From Lama glama (taxonomy: Eukaryota), in assembly GCA_028534125.1 (NCBI GenBank), contig CM052840.1, positions 992,001 to 1,056,000 of the forward strand: DNA of 64,000 nucleotides. Reading direction: 5' to 3'. Position numbers and translations under genes: made by a program. Below are positions 37,301 through 47,179 of this stretch, piece by piece (the stretch's first letter is position 1; each line of letters starts with the position of its first letter). The notes under the pieces were generated by a model, which was given only the letters and a program-made list of their open reading frames with translations, made no database searches and was not told the DNA's origin.

Positions 37301-40300
37301 TCTCCCTACAGACGGGTGTGGACCCCCAGAAGGTGCTGCTGGCCAAGCAAAAATGCCTCAGGAAGCAGGAGGAGGGGAAAATCATGCCCAAGCAACAGAG
37401 GAAGTCTCTGTTTATGAAAACCAAGGTGAGCTGAGTCTAGGAAGAGCCCATGCCCTCTGCCCGGCCCTCTCTGGTCTTGTCACCTGGTGTCCCACCTCCC
37501 AGCATGCTTCAAGGCAAAGACATCAGGTCTCTGTGGCCATTGCCTGGTGGGTATCCCCTCCTTGGGGGAGAGGCTGCCAGCCCCTGGGGTAACTGCTGGA
37601 CCCCCATGGCCCCTCATTTTCTGGCTAAGATAGGATATGCCCATGGACTTATGAACAGCTTCAGATGGGGAGCAGCAGTGATTTTCTGGGGTACCCAACC
37701 AGCCAGCCTGGAGCTAGCAAAGCAGATGTTGTTGTGGGAGTTCTGGAGAGAAGGCGGCAGATGTGGATAAATGCAGAAAGGAGCTCAGTCATTCCCAAGG
37801 GGCCTTCTCTCAGAGCAGACTGGCTGAGGCTTCAGTGCCTCTCCTGGAAGAGTCTTCCAACTTGGCCTGGGTGTGAGAAACCAAATGTGCAGGGGCTCCA
37901 GGAGACGCTGGTCCTACGGGGTTTTCGGGGCTTGTGTTCACCATCACCAAGTTCAGTGACACACCTCCTCCTTCCCGCTCTTTGCCCCGGCCTCAGCTAC
38001 GGCCAAGTCTGGTTGATTCTGATGGTCCCTGACTCTGCCCCCTACTCCCACCCTCCAGACTGTCTCCCTGCAGGAGCTTCAGCAGGACTTTGAGAACCCC
38101 TCCCCCACGGACCCCAACAACAACCAGACGCCTGCTAATGGTGCCAGCGTGTCCTACATCACCTTCAGCCCTGACAGCGCCACAGCTGCCAGCTGTGAGC
38201 CACCAGCCCCTGCTGAGATCCCCAGTGAGCCCAGTGACATGCTGGCCAGCGTCCCACCCTTTGTCACCTTCCACACCCTCATCCTCGACATGAGTGGGGT
38301 CAGCTTTGTGGACTTGATGGGCATCAAAGCCCTGGCCAAGGTGAGGCCCTCGGGCAGAGGGAGCGCCAGCCCACCCGCACCTGGGCACCTGCACCCCTAC
38401 TGTCCCACACCCCCTTTCTTGGGAAGCCTCATTTCAACCAGCTGAGCAAGAAAGCTCGCCAAGGAGGCTAACAGCTCCTAAGATCCCTTTCCTCAAGAGG
38501 CCACCAGGACAGGATGCTCTTGGCAGAGCCAGCCTTGCAGCCCATGACAGTGAGGGCCTGGGAGAGGTACCAGAGCTCCAGCCCTGCTGGGCCACCCTGT
38601 CCTAGCATCTTTCCAGCAGAGGCCATCGCAAGTTCCCTCTCAGGCCACCCCAGGGTCCTCTGAGTAGAGTTCAGCTTGGCCCTGGTTCATTGTCTGCTGC
38701 TCCTTCACACACTCACCCAGACACTCTAGCATCAGCTGGTACCGGCCAACCAAGGAAAGAACAAGAAATAATTATCAGGGCCCCGCATCCTTAGGCCAAA
38801 CAGGCAGCTTATGGGACACCTTAAATAAATGAACACATCTGATAACTTCTCAGCAGCCACCTCCAATGGCAAGGAATCAGCAAACCTCAGAGATGGCCCA
38901 GAGAGAGCAACCAGGGGAACCGAGGGGTACAGAGAGCACACAGGCTGATGTCACCATCAGCCAGGTGCACAGAAGGCTCCAAGCCAGCCGTGGGCTCAGT
39001 CTGCTTTGCCGGCCTGGACCTGGTGTCCAGGTGGGCGAAGCACTAGCCTCTCTGGGCCTCAGTCCTCCCCTGCAGCTTCTGCCTAAAGCCACAAAGTCCA
39101 GAAAGAGGTGGAGTCTGGGATTCTAAGCCACTCAAAGAAAAGGCCTGGCCCCATAAGAAGGGGCCATGGGGACTTCAAGTGGCCGCCTCGTTGGCAAAGG
39201 GCCATGTCCGCCCCCCCCGCGCAGCGGAGCAGCGGGCCAGCACTCCAGGGACAAGTGGTGCGCTCTGCGGCTATTTTTATCCAGGGCTCTCGGGGCTGCT
39301 TGTTTGTTTGCTTCCCCTCGGAAGTGCATTTTGTGAATCACTTTTGAAACCCACTCAGAACATTCCTTTCCTTTTGTCTCCTACCCCAACACCCTCCCCG
39401 ACTGCCCTAGCTGAGCGCCACCTTCGGGAAGATCGGTGTGAAGGTCTTCTTGGTGAACATTCACGGTAAGAGGACAAGCTGAGGGGACTGGAGGGCTGGG
39501 GAGGAGATGGGGTGAGCACAGGTTGGTGGGACGCCGGACAGGGAGGGGGCTGGAAATAAGAGCATCCAAGTGCTCCCCCAAACTACTGCCTGCTCATGAG
39601 AGCTTCAGACACAAGTCAGGGGAGACTGCGGCCAGGTTACATAGACATCCTAGGGGTCTCAACAACAGCGTTGGAGATCGTGGAGTTAAGAATGGACAAC
39701 TAGGGTATGTGTGTCTGTGTGTGTGTGTCTCTGTGTGTGTGTGTGTCTGTGTGTGTGTGTCTGTGTGTCTGTGTGGCGAGGGAGAGGAAATTAAGCTTAT
39801 TTATTTATTTTTAATGGAGGCTCTGGGGGATTGAACCCAGGACCTCATCCATGCTAAGCATGTGCTCTACCACTGAGCTATACCCTGCCCCCACAATTAG
39901 GATTTTCACTTGCCCCATCACTAATTTGCCATGTATCCTTGGTCAAGTCACTTTATCTGTCCAGGGATCAATTGCCACCTATGTAAAATGAGGTTGAATT
40001 TGGGAATCTTCGAATCCAAAAGTCCAAGAATAAGCGTAAAGCACACACATACTATAACTATCACAGGAAGAGGCAGATAGACATTTTTATACGCACACCA
40101 TCTCCAAGAGGCACCCATACACAGCCCCAAGGAGGTGTCCGCATCGCAGCGGACTGTCACCTCGTTAGCGTGCGTGTGGAGTGCAGGGACGTGGACACAC
40201 AAACACACAAGGGAGTGGGAAGGCGCAAGCACACACACACCCGCTGCCCGCAGAGGGCCAGCCCCTTCCTGCAGGCCCACCTACCCAGCTTCAGCACTGA

Positions 40301-43300
40301 CTGAGCACGGCCCGGGCTCCATGCGGGCTGCCCTCAGGGAGAGTCTGTGCTGGCGGTGACCTGTTCTGCGTGTGCTCCGGAGTTAGAGTCAGAAGATGCT
40401 GCCCACCCTCACTGAACCCTCCTCAGGAAATCATCTCCAGGATTTGGTGGGAGTAAAGGCTCTGTGCCACACATTGGACACTGAGGGACAGTTCTGGGTA
40501 AACAAGAGGAAAGACGGCCTCTCAAGGGGCAGAATTGGCTGTCGTTTTAGCCTTTCCCTCTGCAATCACCACAAAGGAGGGACTCCCTGAGTCAAACTGC
40601 TTCCTTCTTGCCCTGGGTTGAAGGTTCAGCATCCTCAAGCTCACATTGCCCTCTGCTGTCCAGAACTGATACTGCAAAGCCAATGCCAAGGCCCTAGGAC
40701 GTAGCAAGAGCACAACCGTCAGGGCTCTTAACTCCTTCCCTCTCACCATCTCCCCCACGCCCAACTCCAGTCCACCGTGGTGTGACCTTTGAAGGTGATA
40801 TTTCCTCCTTCCAGCCCAGGTGTACAATGACATTAGCCACGGAGGTGTCTTTGAAGATGGGTGTCTAGAGCGCAACCACGTCTTTCCCAGCATACACGAC
40901 GCGGTCCTCTTTGCCCAGGCAAAGACCAGCAAAGTGGCCCCAGGACATGACTTCCAAGGGGTAAGATGCCTGAACCTGGGGAACCCTAGGCCCCAGGGCA
41001 CTGAAATAGCAGGACAGGGTGTAGGGGGAACAATTAGAAAGAACATAGGAAACAGTTTGGGTTCCAAAACCAATTCTGTCATTTAACTTCCCTGAATCTC
41101 AGTTTTTTTAATCTGTGGAATGGGTACCCGAAAGTAACACAGCTACCTCACGGAAGTGTTCTTTTGTTTTTGTTTTAGGATTAACTGATAATTATATCTT
41201 TTATGTCACTTGAAAGAGCTTTGTCTATTGTAAAATCCCTGATTATGGAATCTATTGTAAAATCCTTCATTATGAGATAATTTCCAGATCACACAAATAC
41301 CCAGAGCATAGTAGGTTATGCCTGGTGTCCTGGCATTTCTCCCCCTCCTGCTCCTTCACTCTTTCTCGAAGAGGTTTTGGGGAAGGGAGGGGAGTAAGCC
41401 TGCCCATTTTAATTTAGCAGAGCTTGGAGATTTCAGGCTAGTGATGGATGAAGAGTATGGATCAGAGTTTTGTGTCAGCTCCTTGACATTTTATTTACTA
41501 TCTCAGTAAGTGGTATGCAAATGAGCTACAAATCACAATGTCTACAAATAACACTCCAGAAGGCTGGGGAGGCAGAGAAAGCCCATCCCACTGGGGTCCC
41601 TGCCCAGGGCTCCCCAGCCAATCCCACCACCCAGGCTCCCCTCCCAGATCATGCTGCCCTTGGCCTCCCAAGACTCTGTGCCGCAGCTCATGATAAAAAG
41701 CCTCTCCTGCCCTCTGTGGGTCGTAAGAAAGGCTTTTCTGGCCCTAGAGCAACCATTTGCTCTTTGCTTTAAAAGACCGAGCAAGGTGAAGCCATCTGTT
41801 CTAAGCACTGAATGCCTGCCCAGGGAGACACGGGGCCTGGCGCCCGCCCACAGCACACAGAGGGAAGTGGGGAGCCACCGCCTTTCTGGCCTCATGCACC
41901 CTGTCACCAGAGCAAAGGGAGGATCTGGAAGAATCTTCATCATCGGGCATTGCATAAATAATGTCCAGTTAATACTGTCTATATATTCTTTAAACTGTAT
42001 ATTGTATGTATTATATATTTACATATTACAGAATATTTTCACATATATATATGAATTATATACACACAGTTTTCAACAGCATGATGAGGTAAAAAGCCAG
42101 CAAAGTGAGTTTGATGATCCTACTTTTACAGATGAGGAAAGAAATTCCCAGAGAAGGGAAATGGAGCCCCCAGGTCAGGCAGCTAGCCAGTCGCCCTTGT
42201 AAGCTCGGTAAACCTTCCCTGCCTCTGAAATGCCCACGGAGGAGGCAGACCCTGATGCACCCCTGTCTGGTGTGAGGACAAAAACCACAGCTGTGCTGAA
42301 TTTTGTGAGGCAAATGAGGGAGGCGAGGGAGGGAAGGGGCAGGAGGGCGAGTTATGAGTCAGAACACACAGTGCCCCCTCTCCGCCCCCAGCCTGCCCTT
42401 GATGCCAATCTGTCATTCCGTTACTGGAGCTCATTCTGCCCTGGTTTCCCCCTTCCAGCCTCCAGTGGACCCTGAGCTGTCATTGTATGATTCAAAGGAT
42501 GACGTCCCCAGCTACTGGGACTTAGAGCAGGTAAGCTAGCGGGGTGGGGGGGTCAGGATGGGAAGGAAGGAGACCCTCTCAAACCCAAAGTGTTGGCTGG
42601 GCTCTCTCACCTCCAAGCCAGAGCAGTCACCTTGAAGGCAACAACGTTTCTTATCGTTCTTTTAATAGCAGATCTTAATTCTTCTCACTCCCTGCAAGGC
42701 ATCGTGGGGGAAGGGAGAGTCACTGGACCAAGTCCTAGAGAGCTAATACCTATTCTTAACTTTCCAACGCAGCAGCCACGTGACCTTGAGCAAGTCACGT
42801 AAATCACAGCCCAGTTTTCATCTTTGTCAAATAAGGGAAATATGGGTAGTACCTGTCCTGTCTACCTAACAAGATTAGTGGGGGATTCTTTTGTTCTTTC
42901 ATTAATTCAACTGGTATTTACAGAGTGCCCACTACTTGCCTGACACTTCCAGGGTGGGCACACAGCAGTAAATAAAACAAAGCTTCCTGCCCGTAGCAAA
43001 CTTAAATTCCGGTAGGGTCAGATGAATTCTAGGGGTGCAAGTTCAAGGGATACAAATATTACTGCAAGTGGACAGGCCTTAAGAACTAAGAACAGAGCCA
43101 CGGAGGGTATAGCTCAGTGGTAGAGCACGTGATAAGCATGCACGATGTCCTGGGTTCAATCCCCAGTCCCTCCATTAAGAAAACATAAACCTAATTACCT
43201 CTCCCCACCAAAAAGAAATAACCAAAAAAAAAAAAAGAAAGAAAAGAAAAGATAAAGCTTAAAAATAAAAAGAACTGATAGCTATGCAGATGTGAAGTGT

Positions 43301-44013
43301 TAACTTCACATAGAATCCTGTGATCTTGACATGAAAAGTAGCCTCACTCGATGTCCTGAATTCAGAGAAATCGGATGACCAGGTTTAGAGAGAGCTGGCT
43401 TTGAGTCTATTAGAAATAACACCCCACTTTGTGCCTCTTGCCATTCTTTTTGAGCATGAATTCCAGGGTCCTCTGAACATGTCTCTGCAAGTACGGGTGG
43501 CATGCGAGAGGCATTAGAAAGTAGAGCCAGGACCACAAACACTCAGCACTGATTTCTGTCCCCCCGTGGAATCTCTAGCACCTTCCAAAAAACCTGGATA
43601 GGACTGAAATAGCTTATCAGAGCAAGAGAGGACTTCAGAGCTTGTCTGATCTCAACCCTCATTTTACCTAATGAAGTGAAGCTTAAAAGGAGGGAGCGAC
43701 CTGTGCAGGTCACACAGCACTCCTAGGGTGATTCAGAATTAGATCTGAAGCATCTTCTCTTGTTCCCTCTGTACCAGTTCATCTCTTGGGCTGACCTTGC
43801 TTCTCCCCGGTTCGTATACACACACACACACACACACACACTCATACACATTTCCCCATGGTGCCTCTTTCTGGCCCGGGACTCAGCCACCTGGTGATCG
43901 CAACCACTCTGAACACACTGGGTCTAATTCTCTCTCCCTCCCCTTTCCTCCCTGTGGCCCTGCAGGAGATGTTCGGGAGCATGTTTCACACAGAGACTCT
44001 GACCGCCCTGTGA
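25194..44013 (+). CDS. SLC26A9: Solute carrier family 26 member 9 (Cl-/anion transporter-channel, SulP + STAS), complete spliced CDS, 20 coding exons, 791 aa
   Basis: The exons listed below join through GT-AG introns with consistent phases to 2376 nt: MSQPRPRYVVDRAAYSLTLFDDEFEKKDRTYP...EMFGSMFHTETLTAL*. Length and sequence match SLC26A9 as I recall it. Anion-site residues Q88, F92, T127, F128, L391, S392 and the C-terminal PDZ motif TAL are retained. Confidence 0.98.
27993..28132 (+). CDS. SLC26A9: SLC26A9 exon 3
   Basis: ttctag|G TGT...CAA G|gtgagg; CSSAKIKTTLSGLFPVLSWLPKYKIKDYLVPDLLGGLSGGSIQVPQ; 140 nt. Confidence 0.96.
28240..28350 (+). CDS. SLC26A9: SLC26A9 exon 4
   Basis: [37 protein letters not shown] (SulP signature); ttcag| ... 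|gtaagt; 111 nt. Confidence 0.97.
28987..29162 (+). CDS. SLC26A9: SLC26A9 exon 5
   Basis: GTFAVISMLVGNICLQLAPESKFRVFNYTTNESYVDTAAMEAERLHVSATLACLTAIIQ; ccacag| ... |gtgagg; 176 nt. Confidence 0.97.
29640..30610 (-). mobile_element. L2 LINE remnant, SLC26A9 intron 5
   Basis: TTCATTTGATTAATGTTTT...TGTGCCAGGAACTAGGCTAGGCTCTGGGGATA...TCTCAAGGAGCTCACAGCCCAGT...AGGATGACTCCCAAATTTTTAG (typical antisense L2 3' region). Confidence 0.75.
29929..30077 (+). mobile_element. tRNA-derived SINE (Vic-1-like) inserted in an L2, SLC26A9 intron 5
   Basis: GGGGAGGGTACAGCTCAGTGG...GGTTCAATCCC...; 14-bp TSD AAAGGATGACTAGA (29915-29928 / 30078-30091). Confidence 0.9.
30852..31016 (+). CDS. SLC26A9: SLC26A9 exon 6
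   Basis: MGLGFVQFGFVAIYLSESFIRGFMTAAGLQILISVLKYIFGLTIPPYTGPGAIVL; ctcag| ... |gtgagt; 165 nt. Confidence 0.97.
31580..31732 (+). CDS. SLC26A9: SLC26A9 exon 7
   Basis: TFIDICKNLPHTNVASLIFALISGVFLVLVKELNARYRHKIHFPIPTELIV; ccccag| ... |gtaagg; 153 nt. Confidence 0.97.
32067..32149 (+). CDS. SLC26A9: SLC26A9 exon 8
   Basis: VVVATAISGGCKMPSKYQMQIVGEIQQG; ttgcag| ... GG|gtgagt; 83 nt. Confidence 0.95.
32914..33061 (+). CDS. SLC26A9: SLC26A9 exon 9
   Basis: FPTPVSPAVSQWKDMIGTAFSVAIVGYVINLAVGRTLASRHGYDVDSNQ; ggcag| ... |gtaggt; 148 nt. Confidence 0.97.
33347..33460 (+). CDS. SLC26A9: SLC26A9 exon 10
   Basis: EMIALGCSNFFGSFFKIHVICCALSVTLAVDGAGGKSQ; ccacag| ... |gtgagc; 114 nt. Confidence 0.97.
33654..33731 (+). 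CDS. SLC26A9: SLC26A9 exon 11
   Basis: ISSLCVSLVVMITMLVLGTYLYPLPK; aatag| ... |gtaaga; 78 nt. Confidence 0.95.
33790..33990 (-). mobile_element. MIR SINE, SLC26A9 intron 11
   Basis: CCCCATTTTACAGGTGAGGGAAACTGAGGCTGAGAG...GTGACCTGCCCATGG. Confidence 0.78.
34272..34367 (+). CDS. SLC26A9: SLC26A9 exon 12
   Basis: SVLGALIAVNLKNSLKQLADPYYLWRKSKLDC; ccccag| ... |gtaggt; 96 nt. Confidence 0.96.
34485..35830. mobile_element. Cluster of about four MIR fragments, SLC26A9 intron 12
   Basis: MIR cores near 34560-34610 (+), 34800-34960 (+), 35050-35220 (-) and 35630-35830 (-). Confidence 0.6.
36052..36158 (+). CDS. SLC26A9: SLC26A9 exon 13
   Basis: CIWVVSFLSAFFLSLPYGVAVGVAFSVLVVVFQTQ(F); ccgcag| ... 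TT|gtaagt; 107 nt. Confidence 0.96.
36890..36959 (+). CDS. SLC26A9: SLC26A9 exon 14
   Basis: (F)RNGYALAQITDTDIYVNPKTYIK; long pyrimidine tract, atctag| ... |gtgcgt; 70 nt. Confidence 0.94.
37081..37173 (+). CDS. SLC26A9: SLC26A9 exon 15 (start of STAS domain)
   Basis: AQEVQGVKIVTYCSPLYFANSEIFRQKVIAK; ttacag| ... |gtaagg; 93 nt. Confidence 0.97.
37312..37425 (+). CDS. SLC26A9: SLC26A9 exon 16
   Basis: TGVDPQKVLLAKQKCLRKQEEGKIMPKQQRKSLFMKTK; ctacag| ... |gtgagc; 114 nt. Confidence 0.96.
38059..38340 (+). CDS. SLC26A9: SLC26A9 exon 17 (STAS intervening sequence and STAS core)
   Basis: TVSLQELQQDFENPSPTDPNNNQTPANGASVSYITFSPD...FHTLILDMSGVSFVDLMGIKALAK; ctccag| ... |gtgagg; 282 nt. Confidence 0.97.
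39411..39465 (+). CDS. SLC26A9: SLC26A9 exon 18
   Basis: LSATFGKIGVKVFLVNIH; ccctag| ... G|gtaaga; 55 nt. Confidence 0.95.
39705..39892 (-). mobile_element. tRNA-derived SINE (Vic-1-like) with (CA)n-type tail, SLC26A9 intron 18
   Basis: GGATTGAACCCAGGACCTCATCCATGCTAAGCATGTGCTCTACCACTGAGCTATACCC; imperfect (GT)n at 39705-39774; TSD-like ACAACTAGG / ACAATTAGG. Confidence 0.85.
40815..40960 (+). CDS. SLC26A9: SLC26A9 exon 19
   Basis: AQVYNDISHGGVFEDGCLERNHVFPSIHDAVLFAQAKTSKVAPGHDFQG; ttccag| ... |gtaaga; 146 nt. Confidence 0.96.
41224..41277. repeat. 27-bp imperfect tandem duplication
   Basis: TCTATTGTAAAATCCCTGATTATGGAA / TCTATTGTAAAATCCTTCATTATGAGA. Confidence 0.8.
42459..42530 (+). CDS. 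SLC26A9: SLC26A9 exon 20
   Basis: PPVDPELSLYDSKDDVPSYWDLEQ; ttccag| ... |gtaagc; 72 nt. Confidence 0.94.
43102..43258 (+). mobile_element. tRNA-derived SINE (Vic-1-like), SLC26A9 intron 20
   Basis: GGAGGGTATAGCTCAGTGGTAGAGCAC...CCTGGGTTCAATCCCCAG...ATAAACCTAATTACCTC followed by an A-rich tail. Confidence 0.87.
43818..43841. repeat. (AC)12 microsatellite, SLC26A9 intron 20
   Basis: Read directly; about 125 nt upstream of the last acceptor. Confidence 0.9.
43966..44013 (+). CDS. SLC26A9: SLC26A9 exon 21, coding part (terminal exon)
   Basis: tgcag|GAG ATG TTC GGG AGC ATG TTT CAC ACA GAG ACT CTG ACC GCC CTG TGA = EMFGSMFHTETLTAL*; class I PDZ-binding motif. Confidence 0.97.
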   Translation, partial: EMFGSMFHTETLTAL

Positions 44014-46248
44014 GGGCACAGCCGGTTCCGTGCTGCCTCCAGAGCGCCTGGCACCTGGGGCCCCCATGAAGGATGAGCCTGGGATCACAGGGAGTGGCGG
44101 GTAGAGGAAAACGCCTCCACCAGGACTCCAGTACCTCTCCATCCTCCTCCTCATCCTCTCCCATCCCCCCACCTCCCTCCTGACATCTCTAGAGCAAGCC
44201 TATCTCTGCAGCAGGGAGAGCCACCTCTTCACCCTTCTGCTGATCCTCAGGGCCCCAGCCAGCAACGAGCAAGCCTCCTGCTCACTCCCCCACACCCACC
44301 TGCACCCTGTCCGTGGCAGCTGATGGGACTCCCGACTGTCGGCCTTTGAGAGTGAGCCAGGAACAGACGGGAAACCATGTGCGGACACAGGGTGCAAGCT
44401 TCAAAAGTATCCTGGGGCCAGCGTGGCTTGGTGTCAGTTGATGTCAAGCTGTCACAGGACACAGGGATGAACTAGCTTAGGACTCTGTGACTTGCCCCCT
44501 CCAGCTGCCCCAAGTCTGTCCTTGGTGGCTCTGCACCCCTAGGACCATGTTCTCCCACAAAGCAGGGATCTCTGTCTTGGTGACTATGTCCCCTTCCTCT
44601 TCATCTCAAGGCTGTAAGAACCTCCATTGCTATTTAGCACATCAGACTCTGGCCTGGGGAGTGGCCACCAGAGCTACCTTCCCAGGGGCAGCCCACCAAG
44701 TAGCTGCCCCAGCCTCCTGAAGCGTGACCATGCCCCCTGCCCTCAGGGGCTGTTCCCTTCCACTTGAGACTGGGTGGGGACCCAAAAGGGACAGCGGGGT
44801 AGCTGGCAGAATCCTCTGGCAACCTAGCAACAGATACCAGTTCTTCGGCACAAAAGCTTTCGGGAATCCCTCTTTGTACTGGAGACACAGAGAGGGAAGG
44901 GGTGCTAGTGTCAACCCAGGGCAAACTGGTGGGACCTGGGCCCTGACAGTCCCTCTCACCTCAGAAATGCCTCCCCGATTTGGGAAATCTGCCTTGTTCT
45001 CTTCGTTTGGCAAAGAGCCAATGATTTTAACTCTCCCTTATCAGCTTGGGGCCTGAATCGTTCAGCCAGGTGAAGGAGGCTGCCCCTCCCCACCCCAAGG
45101 TCACACCCCAGCAGAGAACAGGACATGGAGCAGGGCTGATTCAAACTGAGTCTTCCTCCACAGGCCGCCCTTCACAAACTTGAGAACTGAGGCCATCTCC
45201 TCCTAGGGAAGATGAGAAGAGGGATTAAGTTCTCCATATATATAAGAAGGTAGAGGCACCCCACTGTTGACTTGAAAATAAACAGGTCCCAAGTGCGAGT
45301 GTTTGGGAAATTTTCCATGGACATGCACAGAAAACCTTTTGGCCTCTCCCCACCGCTTCTCCCAAGCTCTTTCAGTGTAATGACCCCTGCCCCACAGGCT
45401 GGGCTGGCCCAGCCTGGAAAAACGTCCGAATTCCCAACTTCAGCCTGACCTGCATTGTGTGGTCTGCGTATGTTGAGTGAAGCGGTCAGCAAGCAAGTCT
45501 TCTTAGAGTTAAAGGAGGGGGTGCTGTCGAAAAGCCAACAGATTCTTGGCTTACAAGCATTGCTTCTCTGAGAATTCATTATGCCATCTGGCTGCCAATT
45601 GAACTCAAAACTTGGAAGGCCGAAGACAATGTTATCTGGGGTTCACCGTGCCCAGCACCCGAAGTGCCAAATTTCAAGAGGACAAGAACCTTAGCCAATG
45701 AAAACTCACCGTCCCCTGCTCCACCTCCTGCAAAGTCCAGCTCAGACCCAAGAGATGGGGGAAGGTCACAGAGCCTTGGGACATCCCAAGTCAGACGTGC
45801 CCTTTGAACCAAATGTCCAGAACCCCTGAGGACTTGAGGAAGTGACCGTTAACACCCAGGCCAGCTCCAGACCTAAAAGGGATTTCTGACTCCTGGTGGC
45901 CTGGAAATGGGGCTCAAGGAGAGATCCTGCAGTAAGTTCAAGGGTGTAAGTATTCACAGAGCCCTCGGTGGAGGTAAGCTTGGAAACACTGGGGTGGATG
46001 AAGACCATGAAGAAAACGTCACTGTTGGAATACTTTGGAAAGAACACAGATTCACACAGACCACTCACTGGACCTGACCAAGGCAGGAAAGGAAGGCAAG
46101 GCAGTGAAACAATCCAGAATTTCAATACTTTTAAATGTTCTTAGTGATACTGACCTGTGATGATGTGGTTCCGGGGGAGACCGGGACTCTTGAGATGTTT
46201 GTGTAATTTATTTAATTTAAACGTCATTCTCCTTTTGTTCATTTTGCT

Positions 46249-46254
46249 AATAAA
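46249..46254 (+). terminator. SLC26A9: Probable SLC26A9 polyadenylation signal (3' UTR about 44014-46275)
   Basis: AATAAA preceded by a U-rich region with an ATTTA cluster (46206-46219) and followed by GT-rich sequence (GTGCATGTGTTTGG). Confidence 0.65.
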
Positions 46255-47179
46255 GTGGTTTTGAAATGTGAACAAGTGCATGTGTTTGGGCGGTTTTATA
46301 GAGAGGCAAATCCAGTCACATCCAGGAAAACACGGCCTTGCTTTGCCCTGTCCAGGGGGCAGCAACTTCTCCATGAGTCTCCCAGCTCCTCTCCAGGTTC
46401 TGGTTTTCCATTCCTGGGAATGAATAACCCTTCATGATCCAGCCGAAGAGCAGAGATTGGATCCAGAAGACTGGACTAAAGCATCCTCATACTCAGGACC
46501 AATTCCCAGAGCCAGCTCTGTGATGTCTGTGGCCATCAGGGAGGCTGAATTTCCACCATCTCTTGTGTATACATTTCTCATGCTAATCCTTCAACATTCA
46601 TGGGATGTCTGTCAAGGGCCATTCCCACCCATACTCAGCAAAGCTTTCAGCACCCTTGGTTTGGGGGAGCACACAATCTAATCCCCCATTTCCCTCCTCT
46701 GTTTATGAGACCACGCAAGGAGCGTAAAGCCAAAGGACTCAGGTGTCCGACAAGCTAGGTAGATTCTCAATTTTGTTTGCCGACTATATGAAACAGGAGG
46801 AAATAAGAGGAATCACAGAAAAAGAACAAAGGCATGAAGGAGACAAATAGGATGAAGTGGAAAGAGATGGAGGACTAGAGATAAGACAAAGCAGAGACGG
46901 AAGGAAGATCAGAGGGATAGATGCGTGGAGACAAAGAGGTCAGGAAAGCTAGGAAAGACAGAAACAGGTGGAGCAGGAGGAGGATACACTGCAGAGAACT
47001 GAGAAAAGTCAGTTCCAAAATGACATCTATGAAAATAAACTGATCTTGCTTTAGCCTGCTCTTTGACTATCCTGTAAGATCTGAGTAAATTAGCAATTAA
47101 CATCCCTCCGTTTTGAATTTTATATATGTGTGTATATATATGTGTGTGTGTATATATACATACATATATAAAATTGATG

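Noticed and set aside
40811-42466. Tandem alternative acceptors at exon 19 (CAG CCCAG) and exon 20 (CAG CCTCCAG)
   Set aside because: The downstream AGs are 5 and 7 nt away and would shift the frame; there is no evidence they are used.
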